From Octopus vulgaris (taxonomy: Eukaryota), in contig OX597814.1 of the NCBI GenBank assembly GCA_951406725.2, positions 36,642,001-36,706,000 on the forward strand: DNA of 64,000 nucleotides. The letters are read 5' to 3'. Positions 1 through 12,955 of this stretch are shown here, one piece after another; positions within the stretch are counted from its first letter, which is position 1, and every line of letters starts with the position of its first letter. The notes below the pieces were generated by a model, which worked only from the letters and a program-made list of their open reading frames with translations, was not told the origin of the DNA and made no database searches. The translations under genes were made by a program, and so were the position numbers.

Positions 1-560
1 CCAGAGTAAATGACCCCACCATCTTAATAGCTTCTTTATTATTCACGAGATACATTTTTATTCCTATAGTAGACATTTTATAAGTTTCGAGTTCCAGATG
101 GCGGTACATTTTTGTGTTTGTGGAAAATATCGTTTAATGTTTCAAGGATTCTGTGTAGTATTCCTTAGAGGTAGCCATTGCGTTTCCTTGTCTTCCTCTA
201 ATCTTATTAATTCACTAATCTTCCGACTATGAATTTGCAACTATAATTAGTCTTATACTTAGGTCTAATCTGTTTGGTTAAATTATCTTATCACCTTTCA
301 TCATCGAAAGGTCAATTTAATCTAATGTACCCATCCTAGAACTCTGTGTGCGAGTATGTTACAAATATGGTGGCGGGGGTAAAATAAAAAATCAGTTCTA
401 CGTAGCAGGTCCGTATTTAACATTGTTGATAATTTCGTTGGAAGTGTAACCAAAACCAATTTAATAAATTCTATGATATAAACAAAAGTCAAATATCTAC
501 TGTATACTTCTTGACGTAAATCATCACAAAACTCGAATAAGTATTCAAAACAACTTCTAA

Positions 561-990
561 TATTGGTTTCAAATTTTGTCACAAGGCCAGCAAATTTGGG
601 GAGGGGAAACGTCGATTAGATCGAACCCAATATTTAATTGGCACTCATTTAATCGACCCCGAAAAGATGATCTTAGCAGAATTTGATTTTAGAACGTAAA
701 GATGGAGGAAATGCCACTAGAAATTTTGCCCGGCGTGCTAACTAATCTTACAGCTATTCGCCTTAACTTCTAATATTGGTTTCAAATAGTGGCACAAAGC
801 TAGCAAGTTTGGGGGAGCGGTTAAGTCAATTTCATCGACCCTAGTGCTCAACTGGTACTTATTTAATCGACGCCGAAATGATGAAAGGCAAAATCGATTT
901 GGCAGAATTTGAACACAGAGCTTTAAGACGGACTAAATGCCGTTAAGTACTCTGCCCAGCGTGCTAATTATTCTGCCAGCTCGCCACTTT
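561..990 (-). mobile_element. Two tandem copies of tRNA-derived SINE family A (short-tail variant): 561-764 and 774-990
   Basis: Both match the family-A core seen many times in the window (minus strand ...gttcaaattc...gtcgactttgcctttcatcctttcggggtcgat...aagtaccag). aacttctaatattggtttc precedes both units. Confidence 0.85.
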
Positions 991-2925
991 AACAGCTTCT
1001 ATTATCAAACATTGAAATGTATATTACGTTACATTTACAATAATAAAGCTTGATAAATCAAACAATGTAAACATTTTCTTTAAAATAGTGTCCAAAGTTT
1101 GTTGCCATACATTTTTCCTGCAGTTCTATAGTAGATATAACCACATATAATTTATTTTTCTTGTTGTCATTTATGATGAAAATAAGTATAGCTTTACCTA
1201 GAAACTGGAGAGACTTAGTCAAATATTCACTTAAAATTCGTGGTGGATTCGTATCGTCGCATACATCATCCTTACCCTTTTCAGCATAGCGGGGCTTTTT
1301 TTATGCTCATGATGTCCTTATTAGATATTGTCATTCTGCCACGTAAGTTTAACACACGAACACTATCTTAATTTTCTTGATGTTTTGCTTGTCCATCAGT
1401 TTCAGTATTATAGCTTATGAGTATTCACATTTCTCAACATTTATGCGATTATTTCTCCCAACTTATTAACATTTTTATTTAATATATTTCCTGAAAAGCC
1501 AGCAGTAAAGTAACTTGTCGGTGGAAATCCCTAAAAGAAAAATTTTACTTTTAGAGAGCTATTTATAAGGATTTTAAGTGGATTATAAAAGAACAAATCG
1601 ACAATGATTTAGAAGTATATTAATTTATATCTGTTAAATAGAATTTCTTCCTTAACTTTTTATTTTATATTTTATATTAAAATGCTTTACCTTAGGGAGC
1701 AATACCTCCATGAAAATGAGGGTAAACACATAATAAAATTTTAGGTAACGATAGTAAAATAAACGAAACTGTATGATTAGTATTTTTAATCACCATTGAT
1801 CTTATTTTCGTATTTGTATGTTCCCGTAGTTGTTATGCGTGATATAAAGCTTTCATCCAGAAATCGTGAAAATTTAGAAACCCGAATCACAGCATATACT
1901 AAGCTTGTTTGATAAATAATTCTCTGAATGAAGCGTACTCAGAATATTTCCGTACTTCGTTGTATATTATCGTTTATATGGTTATACTCCTTACGAATGT
2001 TTTTAATTATTACCTCTCATTTAGTCATTCGTTGAACTCGCAATCTTATAACGCAAAGACTTTTCTCGAGACAAAATTAGGCGAGAGTATATTGTACTAT
2101 ATATAATGGATGTACTACAAGCTTGAAATGACTTACATCGGATTTTACAACATCACTTTCTCTCTGATACTTACTCTTAGCCGGAAGTAGAAAGACCGAA
2201 ACGTTAGATTTCTTACGTCTGGTTATTCATCTCATCAAACTCCTTTATGATCGTTATACTTAAGTCACATTTTTTTTATATATAGAGAATATTATAGTAA
2301 TTAAGTGGAAATATCTATATGGTGCCGTGACGAAGAAAATCAATGTCAATCACTGGTATTATGTCCGAGGACAATTCTATAGATGTTTTAACCATAGGCA
2401 TCACCTTAATTGCTGAAGTAGACATGAGAATCTCAGTAAGTAAATGTAAAGTATTGTATACTGGTTGGAAATTGTTCAGAGAATAAACTACTCAGAGGCG
2501 CCAGCCGTACAAAATATGAAAATCAATATTTTAAACTTATTATTTAGTGCAGGGAGATTTAAAATCTTAACTGGAAATAAGTAACAAAAAACATTAGTTA
2601 TCAAATGATATTAATGGTCAGTAAAACTAATGATTATTTGCACATAAAGCCAGTAGACGTTTGTCCTTATTTATTTTACGCTAATTCTCAGATGATGGAT
2701 TTTATGCTCGTTATAGAGCATGGTAGCTCACAAAATATTTATCTACGGTAATAATCTTGAATTATGTCCTTGATATCTTGTGAACAAATTAAATGGAAAT
2801 CAGTTAAAAGTAGTCAGTAGCTGAAGTTTTGTTCTTGCTATGCATTCATCATATTCTAGCAAGGAATTATATTTCTATGACTAAACTTGATATATGAGGA
2901 AGTTTGTGAGGAATTATCAGATGTT

Positions 2926-3256
2926 ATCTTTTCTAGTCTAAGCACAAGGCCCGAAATTCTTGTGGAGGTGGGGAAGTCGATTAGATCGACCTCGGCGGAA
3001 TTTGAACTCAGAACGTAAAGACAGACAAAATACCTATTTCTTTACAACCCACAAGGGGCTAAACACAGAGGGGACAAACAAAGAAAGACAAACGGATTAA
3101 GTCGATTACATCGACCCCAGTATTTAATCGGTACTTATTTAATCGACCCCGAAAGGATCAAAGGCAAAGTCGACCTCGGCGGAAGTTGAACTCAGAACGT
3201 AGCGGCAGACGAAATAACGCTAAGCACTTCGCCCGGGGTGCTAACGTTTCTGCCAT
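2926..3256 (-). mobile_element. SINE family A, dimeric form
   Basis: Full monomer 3035-3256 joined at aaagaaata|ggtattt to a second head-truncated, internally deleted monomer. Confidence 0.85.
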
Positions 3257-4718
3257 ATGATATTGTGAAAGATGTAGTAACTTCCAATAGAATTGTGCAT
3301 GTTTTATCGGAAAGACATTGATAATGATGCTAGTAATGTAGTACATTGATAATGATGCTAGTATGTAGTACGTGGTTGCTCCGATTTCTAATCATGTTGT
3401 ATAACTTGGCAGTTTATTTTTCAGTAATAAATGAAATAATAGCCAAGTAAATACTGGGTAAGTTCATACAACAAATTCTACCTTGTCTATTAGTAACAAA
3501 AAACTAGCATTGCGTCGACTGAAAATGTATTATTTTCTGGTAGAATTTCTTAGAAATTGTTGCTTATTCTTAACAAGCCTTAGAAATACTTTAGCTTATT
3601 CAGTTATATCTCAGCTGCATTATCTTTTCGTCTAATGAATAATATCATTGACAATGTTATGTATGTCATAGAGAAGTTGATCATGTTTAAGAATTGATGA
3701 TTTTCTCCAAGGGCATAAATTTTAAAAACATCGTTAAAAATCTAAGCGGAAAAGATTGTAAATACAAAACACAATCTTAACTGTGAGAAACATTTGAAAA
3801 GCTGTCAGAAATATTAACAGAATAAATATATCCTACTAAACAGACCAACCGACGAAACGTGGGTAGTGATCACGCAAATGCATTTGTGCGTAAACGCAAT
3901 TCGCTTATTGCGATCACTTTTGTGAAAAGTCTTTTCAACAACTACTAATTGATAACAGTAAGAAAATGAAGAGCTTAGTATCCATCAATTTCGATGGCAA
4001 CTAATTTTGATAACCTTAACCTGTCAATATCCTTGTGCATGGTTATAATAAGAGGCTTAGACTATATGAAGGTAATAGTAATCTGCTGAGCTGGGAAACC
4101 TTAATGGTAAGTGCCTTGCAACTATTGGCATGTAATCAATGTTTGTTCTGACTGTGTATCTTTTACTACTGGTAAAATGACCTCTACTCTAATGAGATTA
4201 GCAGGGTTATCTTAAAGTTTACGTCCATATTATACTTTGAACATAAGTTCTGATTTTTATCTAGTTCATTAGCAATGCCTGGATAACTTGTAACAGGGAT
4301 CAGAGGAACAGGGGGATATACTTTAAGGAATCGTTAATTACGAAAACTCTATCATATTCACCCTGATAACAACACACAAGTTACCGAAAATTTATAAATT
4401 CATGCTAAATGATAGAATCAGCTTTGGCGCTTAATACTCTCTTTTATTCTGTTTAATACATTTCAAATCTTCTTTTAATCTGCTTACATAAACACTGATA
4501 TTAGCGTTTCTAAACTTAATATCATCTTTACACGAACCCCTTGATAGAGTTGCTTCATTTCTTCAATCACCGTACGTTTATCTTAGTTCCAAGAACACAT
4601 ATTAAAGAACTTATTAAATCCTTCTTTCTCTGAAATATATTCCTTTGCTACGAATTCTTATTTAAGAGTTCTCTGCTACTTCAATGTGAAAATTCAATAA
4701 CAGGCAAACACATATAGA

Positions 4719-4970
4719 GACGCATGGCCTATTTGTTAAAGTGTCGGCCATGACAATAAAAACTGAAGTTCAATTTCCGAACCGCGTAGATTGTTGAGGC
4801 TATTTCAATAAAAATTGTACCAGTCAAGTGCCGCTACCGACCTCATTCCCCCCGACTGATATTTACTCGATGTTTCACTGAGTAATGGTGAATGCACTAA
4901 GCTTATTCTATGAGCATCTATGGTCTGCCCATGAACATAATGGCTATTAAAACAATTAGCACAGTCATGA
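4719..4970 (+). mobile_element. Old degenerate tRNA-derived SINE
   Basis: Begins gacgcatggcctatttgtta (A-box-like) with gttcaatttcc (B-box-like) about 40 nt later; the head resembles the copies at 30052 and 32416. Confidence 0.4.
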
Positions 4971-5227
4971 TGTATGCTACAAAGTCACACTCGCTTGTAT
5001 AAACGGTCTTTCGTTTGTGCTATTCTTCTGTTTAATACAGTATACCTTCTGCTATTCTGTGCTACTGATTATTTGAAATAACCTAAGACTGGATAGAATT
5101 GGCATAAAAAGTTATAGTAAAAAAGTTCTTCATCTTTCTTAGAGAGTGCAAAGCTGCAACCGCTTCAATGTTAGGGTGTTAATGTAGATCCTCTTCCAAG
5201 AGTATCTTTTGCATGTTTCATGGTATA

Positions 5228-5624
5228 CTCTTTTACTCTTTTACTTGTCTCAGTCATTTGACTGCGGCCATGCTGGAGCACCGCCTTTAGTCGAGCAAAT
5301 CAACCCCGGGACTTATTCTTTCTAAGCCCAGTACTTATTCTATCGGTCTCTTTTGCCGAACCGCTAAGTGACGGGGACGTAAACACACCAGCATCGGTTG
5401 TCAAGCAATGCTAGAGGGACAAACACAAACACACAAACACATATATATATATACATATATACGACAGGCTTCTTTCAGTTTCCGTCTACCAAATCCACTC
5501 ACAAGGCATTGATCGGCCCGGGGCTATAGCAGAGGACACTTGCCCAAGATGCCACGCAGTGGGACTGAACCCGGAACCATGTGGTTGGTTAGCAAGCTAC
5601 TTACCACACAGCCACTCCTGCGCC
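5228..5624 (-). mobile_element. SINE family B (tRNA head, CORE-like cttgggcaagtg segment, internal microsatellite)
   Basis: Near-identical to 14902-15352, 25348-25784 and 34946-35340. A box tggctgtgtgg, B box ggttcagtccc, tail of gtaaaagag repeats. Confidence 0.92.
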
Positions 5625-6723
5625 TATGTTGTGCATAAAAAAATTAAGTATCACTATTGACATTCTAGAGTGGGGTTCGATGATGAATATTTGGTAGAAG
5701 TTGTTTGATATCTAAAAACGTAATTAAAGTTCCTCATTTTAAACTGGTATCTCGAAAATTTCTTGGCGTGATTTTCTCTCCTAAGGAACATAAAAAAATA
5801 ATGAACTCTTTCATGGTTTCACATGCAAATTTGTAAATATCGATATCAAATCAATTTTACATAAAGTGCTCTACTACTATTTGTAACAATATCGGATGGC
5901 ATTTATATTTTGCATAAGCTATGTAGACAATATAAACTGGAACGCCGTTGTTATTAAAATTTCTTCTTTAAAAACATATCTTCAAAAAACTATATTTGCA
6001 TACATATTACATACGCACGCGCAGCTAGCCACACACATTTAGTTTGCACTTGAAAGGAAATTTCTTGGGTACTTCTATCACGCTAATCGGCGGCATCATA
6101 AGAGAGGCTAAGAAAAAAGAAATTCCTTTTTACTTAATCTTTGTTCGTACACTATAATTTAAAAACAAAATATCGTTTGTAAATAATACTGACAACTATT
6201 ACTGTTTCTAGTCATTTTTTTCTTTTTACGCCAAGTTCTTTGGAAATTTACAGAACGAAGATATTTCTTCGTAATGCTTTATTTTTCGTATTTCACATTT
6301 GTTTTTATATTGCCAGTTTGTTTTCTGCTCTTCCCCACAGGTATGCAAAATATATAACAATTTTTTTTCGCTTTTTACTACAAGCACTACATAGAAGCAG
6401 AAAGTATATGTAGACAGAGTATTTCTCTTCTTTCGCTTCTCTTCGTAACTACATTCTTGCAAACAAAGACATAACTCCGGATATAATATTTTCTGTAATT
6501 AGTTGAACGTCTAAATACAGCAAAACAAAGTAAGCACCGGTGACTCGTGGCCAGCTAGTCCAATAATGTGACCCACTTTCTGTTCCCAGCAGGAAACATT
6601 TTAAATTTTGTACATGTGCCATAGAAATCGAATGCATTGCCAAACAACAAATAATTACGTGCGTGTCGTATGCGTGTGTTGGGTGTGGATTATCTTATGT
6701 GTTTTGTTGAATGTGTATGTGTC

Positions 6724-6725
<2 letters not shown>

Positions 6726-6789
<64 letters not shown>
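6726..6789. repeat. (GA)n microsatellite
   Basis: Perfect GA run. Confidence 0.98.
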
Positions 6790-6792
<3 letters not shown>

Positions 6793-6809
6793 GAGATGGG
6801 GGGGGGTAG

Positions 6810-7089
6810 TTATTCAGATTGAACCAAAGAGTTAGATTTCTTTTCGTTTTGCAAATTGATGATGATATTTATCTTTCCGCTGCAACACCCAACAGATGCA
6901 TCACGGAATTTTGTCAGTCAGCAGGTCGCGGTCTCAAAGCGACGAAAATATTTTGACAGATTAAATTAAGTGAATCCAACGGTTTTTGTGTGTTTCTTAA
7001 ATGGCTTATAAACACCTTCCACGCTGCAATTGTTTTCGTTCCAGCACACGATCTCAGATCAGGTCACTTGCTATGCATGTACATCTCCG

Positions 7090-7092
<3 letters not shown>
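6810..7092. repeat. Dispersed repeat copy; its first ~137 bp recur at 7919-8055
   Basis: 6810-6946 aligns ungapped to 7919-8055 with about 11 substitutions; both follow GA-rich tracts. Confidence 0.85.
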
Positions 7093-7119
<27 letters not shown>

Positions 7120-7123
<4 letters not shown>

Positions 7124-7350
7124 AAATAAGCAACAAGGATATCCAAAGGTAGTGCAGTACAATCGTTTCATGCTACTTCATTTGATTAAGCAATATAAGT
7201 ATTACATCAGTTTTAAAATGTACACCAATGTTCAGCCTTTGGATATCCTTGTTGCTTATTTTGATTATAATCATCCCATTTGATTTATATGGATAGTACC
7301 ATACCAAATTCTGGTGCCTTTAACTTAAGTACCATATTCATCTGAATCTA
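7120..7350. repeat. Element with a perfect 30-bp inverted repeat (7120-7149 / 7236-7265), embedded in (TA)n
   Basis: atcaaaataagcaacaaggatatccaaagg and its exact reverse complement. Confidence 0.85.
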
Positions 7351-7402
7351 ATTATTTACTGAACTTATACACACATAGAAATATATACATATATATAAAC
7401 AA

Positions 7403-7455
<53 letters not shown>

Positions 7456-7514
7456 AACATATATATATATATATATACACATAAACATATATATATATAT
7501 ATATATACACATAC

Positions 7515-7567
<53 letters not shown>

Positions 7568-7769
7568 TACATTTATATATATAGATAGATAGTTATAGAC
7601 ATATGTATATATAGATATATGCGATGTTCTTTTTCAGTGCTGTCAACCATATGCAATCGCAAGGTTTGGTCAGCTCGAGGTTATACAAGAAAACACTTGT
7701 GTAATGTGCCACGCAGTGGCACTGAATCCACAACTGTGTGGTTGGAGCGTCTTACCACACCACACTAAT

Positions 7770-7801
<32 letters not shown>

Positions 7802-7918
7802 TGTATGTATGTATGTATCTGTCTATCTATCTACACGTCTGTCTGTTTGTCTGTCTCTGTCTCTTTATATCTATATATATAGAGAGAGAGGAGAGGGAGA
7901 GAGAGGAGGAGAGAGAAG

Positions 7919-8055
7919 TCATTCCGATCGAACCAAAGAGTTAGATTTCTTTTGGTTTTGCAAATTGATGATGATATTTATTTTTCCATTGCAACTCCCA
8001 ACAGATGCATCACGAAATTTTGTCAGTGAACAGGTCGCGGTCTCAAAGCGACGAA
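7919..8055. repeat. Second copy of the 6810-6946 repeat
   Basis: Direct alignment by eye. Confidence 0.85.
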
Positions 8056-8895
8056 TATATATATATATATGGTCATTTGTCCTTTTGCCAAATAAACGCG
8101 CACACAACATATTCGTTCTTCACTCGTTTGTTACTCTTCTTATTCTAACTCATCTCGATTGTCCGGAAATCTTTCGTCACACATCTATGACCGTCTCAGC
8201 GACACTTTCCGTCGTCATACGTGCTCTTGCTATGCTTAAAAAAATGACCATCCTTAAAATAATCAATTTCAACATACGACTTCACATGAGGAATCTTGCT
8301 ATAAAAATTCATAAACGTAACTTGAAATGTTCATTCTTGCCATTAATTATTAAGAATGGTTTGATTCACCGATTTATTCTTAAGAATCCATAGTAACTGC
8401 ATAATATTCAAATATAATCTTATATTTAGAATATGAGTTATCATACCTATTCATTATTAGATAGGCTATAAGGTAACGTTTGTATCAACAATGACAGAAA
8501 AGATCGGCTATATTTTGTGTAACGCTAGGTGGTAAGTGTATCTGTGTGTGAGCATGTGTTTGTACAAATATCTGTATGAGCTTTGTAGCTTTATCTTGTT
8601 TTATGTTAAATGTCAGACACTTATACTAAAATGTGAGCTGTTTTAGTCGGCAGTGTAAACGATGGAGTAAATTCATAAGTTTAGTCGCGTTATTATGAAT
8701 GACTAGAAATGTTTCATCTTGCATTCACATGTTTAACTGAACCTGATGTCTTATATGTCTGATTATCAGATTAATTTGTACTCCTTTGACAAAGTAAAAA
8801 CGGCCAAGAATGGATGATAACTTTTTCCAATGTACACACGTATGCATACATGCATACATACATGCATATGTGTGTGTATTGTATATATGTATATA

Positions 8896-9102
8896 AGGTG
8901 GCACGTTGGCAAAATCGCTAGCACGCTGGATAAATTTCTTAGCGGCATTTCGTCTGTCTCGACGTTCAAATTTCTCCGAGGTCGACTTTGCCTTTCATAA
9001 TTTCGGGGTTAATAAAATAAATACCAGTTGAGCACTGCGGTTGATCTAATCGAATCAACTAGCTTCCCCGAAACTGCTGGTCTTATGCTAAAATTTGATA
9101 CC
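8896..9102 (+). mobile_element. SINE family A (short-tail variant)
   Basis: ccgaggtcgactttgcctttcat core and tRNA-like head. Confidence 0.85.
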
Positions 9103-10002
9103 ACTATATACATACAAGTATGTAATCATTTCTTTCACTTATTTGACGCTTCATTGACTACAAATTTGTATAAGCTTTAGATAATTTATCTCTTATATTA
9201 CATTACTACTCAGTCTTGAAAACCTCGCTGAAGATCATGATATTTATTTTTATATCGAGAGAAGCCTTCAAATTTGTCTTATAATGAGAGCTTCCTTGCT
9301 ATGTGTTCATCTCTTCTATTAGTTAAATCTTTTTTTCTATATCATATAACTATTTCTGACTTTCCACTGAGTGAACTATCAAGCATCGGCCTGGAGTAAT
9401 CCAGTGTTCCATTTTATCTCCCATACTCTTTTAAGTTGACATCAGTTACCTCATGCTGTCACTTCTAACAACCTAGGATTATACATAAGAGATATAACGA
9501 CTTGGCTTTTCTTAATATAAAATATAATTCCCAAGATGTACAAAAGTAAAAAAAATGATTTCAACTGTTATATTTTTAGTTAAAATCATATAGAACGCAA
9601 CATTTTAGTTCACGTTTTATCTTTTCTTTTATAATTTATCCTCTACACTCCATCACACAGGTTGTATACCGGTCTGATATTGGTGGGATCAACAGGGAAT
9701 GAACTCCATCCAGTGAAAGATAAATATCATTTGATTTACAAAGGATTTAAATGGAATCTACTATTAATGTTCATGAGTTTGATAAAACAATCGTTGGACG
9801 TGCTGGATATTAACGTGGATTCATAAATCTCGAAGTAAATAGAGCCTGAATAATTACTTGATAATACACGGTTCGCTTTATAACTTCGTCTGGCTAATGT
9901 ATTATCACAGGCATGAAATTTTAGTTGCTCGTATTCAAAGAGAGTGCATATAGAATTATATACAGTATACATATATACATACATACATACATACATACAT
10001 AC

Positions 10003-10507
10003 ATTATGGCTGCTCCCTCGTTATCGAGTATGGCCATTGCACAAAGCTTAACTGTTACTGGTGCTGTGATCGAATGTGACTTTTTAGCCCAGCTAAAGAT
10101 CTACAATGTCTTGTACAGAATTGGCAACTAATACCTTTACCGGTAATAGCCGGCTGTAGTTGTAACTGGGCTTCACGTACCTTTGCATGTCGTTTAAGTC
10201 CTCCTGCCGAATTACACTCTCTTCCACATGCCCGACAGATATGATTAGTACGGTGTGTTACACCACCACCAGTGGCCAGGTTGTCACTCATCTGTCTCGC
10301 TTTATGACTACGAACATGACTCTTGAGTCCAGCTTTACAGAGACAGGGTATTGCACAGACATTGCATGTCAGCATCAAAGGAAGACCCTTACCATCTGGA
10401 AGTGTAACAGCGATGCCCTTCCTGACATCCCTCCTTACTTTCTCATGTGCAACTCGAGATTTCTCAAAAGTGGCTGTCTCCTCGTGCACAATCCTTCTCC
10501 TCCTGCT
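10003..10507 (-). mobile_element. 5'-truncated RTE-clade LINE 3' end; ORF C-terminus with three C2H2-type zinc fingers
   Basis: Open frame to the stop at 10055: ...FEKSRVAHEKVRRDVRK...CNVC...GLKSHVRSH...CRACGRECNSAGGLKRH...CQFCTRHCRSLAGLKSHIRSQH. The FE..R...RK followed by CxxC...GL.SH.R.H pattern is typical of RTE/BovB-type C-termini. Short 3' UTR, then an (ATGT)n tail. Confidence 0.85.
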
Positions 10508-10604
10508 ACATACATACATACATACATACATACATACATACATACATACATACGTATATACATACATATATACACACATGCATACATGCATACATACAAA
10601 CATA

Positions 10605-10832
10605 TGAAGTGGTATCAAACGCTCCCGGACTAGTTGTGTAGCACGCCAACAGATGGCACCTAGCAGTGAACTTCATGATGCAGTGTGCCGAGTGATTATA
10701 AAAGTGGCAGGAACGCTGAGGCTGGTGTGTATTGATGTGTAAGTTGACTATTTGGAAGACGATGTTAAACAGGTAAATAAATTATTCTTTTATTAAACGC
10801 AACTGGTCCAAGAACTTTTTGATACCACCTCG
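10605..10832. mobile_element. Mariner-type MITE (~228 bp)
   Basis: Left end ta|tgaagtggtatcaaacgctcccggactag; right end reverse-complements to cgaggtggtatcaaaaagttcttggaccag. TA on the left flank. Confidence 0.8.
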
Positions 10833-10905
10833 AACACACACATACACATATACATATATATATAGTTATGCGTATATATATATTATATTACATATTATAT
10901 ATATG

Positions 10906-10950
<45 letters not shown>

Positions 10951-11261
10951 TGCATATGTGTATGACATATATGTATATGCGCGTATATACACACGCGTAT
11001 ACACACGCATATGTACATAAATCTCTATCTATTATATATGTGTATGTCTGTGTGTGTGAGTGAGTGCGTATACGCACTCAGTCACTGCTGTGTCGATAGC
11101 TCTGTTTTTCAATATTATACTTGATTATAGGTATTATATTCAAAAATGTTAGTTGATACAATGTAAAAATGTTAATATCTTACCTTAAAGTACTTTTCTC
11201 CAGACAGAAAAACTGCGAGAATAAATTCAGTCCTGCGTTAAAATTTCATATGAACGGCTAA

Positions 11262-11545
11262 TTATTGTTTTTACATATTATTTTTGTATTCATATTCGTG
11301 TAACATCGTCCGTTTTTCCGCCCTTGTTTTGTATACATTCGAAGTTTTCTTCCAAGGAATCTAATGCGCTTAGCTTAGTTTTTCCTTGGGGCTGGCCAGA
11401 TTGGAGAAATCTCAAGATTAATCAGCCGAAATTGCGAGGATGATCCGGTTCTTGACTGAAGATTGAAGGCTTCGAATGTCCCGTCCGTGTGTTTTTTTTG
11501 TATCGTCTCCTAATGTTTTGCGTTCATGTCCTAGTTTGTATTTTT

Positions 11546-11546
<1 letters not shown>
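11262..11546 (+). mobile_element. Probable Penelope-like element terminal region
   Basis: ctgaaga...cgaa motif (11456-11476) followed by a T-rich tail ending in CA/TA microsatellite. Inferred from PLE terminal architecture. Confidence 0.4.
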
Positions 11547-11583
<37 letters not shown>

Positions 11584-11862
11584 TATATATATATATATAG
11601 AGAGAGAGAGAAACAGCGCTTATAAAAACAGGATATAAAGGTTAATTATCAGCGAGGAATGGATTATTAAAAACAAAATGTAATGTTTGTTATTTAACTT
11701 AACATGGATGTTTTGTTAGAATATCGAATACTTAGTTATTAGCCTTGAGTTATACTCTCACATAGGAGCTTGGTGCTTAAAAAACAACAACATCCATATA
11801 GATTGTAGCAAACAGACTAAAATCGTTTGTCATGGGTGCCGGAATTCTCATATCACGAACAA

Positions 11863-12048
11863 GTACAGACAAACGGATTAAGCCGATTATATCAACCCCA
11901 ATGCGTAACTGTTACTTAATCTATTGACTCCGAAAGGATGAAGGGCAAAGTCGACCTCGGCGGAATTTGAACTCAGAACGTAACGGCAGACGAACTACGG
12001 CTACGCATTTCCCCCAGCGTGTTAACGTTTCTGCCAGCTCGCCGCCTT
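11863..12048 (-). mobile_element. SINE family A
   Basis: Family-A core and head. Confidence 0.85.
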
Positions 12049-12648
12049 ATCGAAAACGTAGTCTGTATATTACGTTAACATGGATGTCTTGTCAGAAGAC
12101 CGAATACTGCGTTATTGGCTTTGTATATACACCCATGTACACACATACACACATACACTTTCGAAAACAATGATTCCATCAAGAACAACACCTTGAATTG
12201 CAATTAAATTTCAGTGGGTTGACCACATATATTTCCCTTTTCCAATCCTAATGTGTATATTTACAAATATCTTAGTATGTATATAATAAGAGAAGGGGAG
12301 GGAGAGAGAAAGAGATGCTTTCAAAAAATTTGACAGAATCACGAGTGACATCTTGAATCGTAATTTAATTTCAATGGGTTGACTACATCAATACAATATA
12401 ATTGAAAAGACACCCATTTCTCTCTGTATCTCTTCCTCTCCTCTTTACTTTAATTCCCTTTCATGCTTGTTCCTATCTTTCTCCATTTTTTCAAAATATA
12501 AAATTTCTCCTCGTTTAAACAAAACGAAACATCTGATTTTCGATTTATATAATAAAAACAAAGAAAATTTCTGTACATTATCTTGAAGAGTTCGGTTGAA
12601 TGAACATACATACATACATACATACATACATACATACATTCATACATA

Positions 12649-12955
12649 CATGGTGGCTGTCCTTTCGTTATCGAGTATGGCCATTGTACAAAGCTTAATC
12701 AATGTTGTTATCGTGCAATGCCTGTGCAAGAAGATTTTTTTCAAAGTGAGGAAAGGCTGTGCACTGAGTCAATCCCACTCACTAAGCAACAGCAGCCATA
12801 ATCCGAAAAGAAGAACAAGTCAACATCATCAGTAACCACTGAGCCGCAGGTTTTATGTCGGAGTTATCCCAGTTACCTGAGTTACCTTATCCTAGAAGGA
12901 TGCGGTAACAAAGGCTAGGAGTCCTTCACTCCCACTCGGTTCTCGCGGTTAAAAT
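12649..12955 (-). mobile_element. Non-coding element sharing the RTE 3' end (candidate RTE-derived non-autonomous element)
   Basis: 12649-12698 matches the RTE 3' terminus at 10003-10051 and abuts (CATA)n in the same way, but the rest is unrelated to the zinc-finger ORF. Confidence 0.65.

Noticed and set aside
1-550. Decayed retroelement ORF on the minus strand (NGY-like motif)
   Set aside because: Motifs too short and frame-broken to assign.
3315-3372. Short tandem duplications (also 44883-44943 and 49611-49657)
   Set aside because: Ordinary slippage duplications with two units only.
6317-6346. Recursive-splicing-like site (pyrimidine tract-CAG|GTATGC)
   Set aside because: A single motif with no defined host gene; expected by chance.
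7348-7572. Many YIYIYI, LSIY, poly-I/L/N/S/Y and VCVC ORFs throughout the track
   Set aside because: These are translations of microsatellites that lack stop codons; there is no coding evidence.
10055-10618. Host C2H2 zinc-finger gene
   Set aside because: No TGEKP linkers, an RTE-type upstream motif and tail, and a start codon derived from microsatellite.
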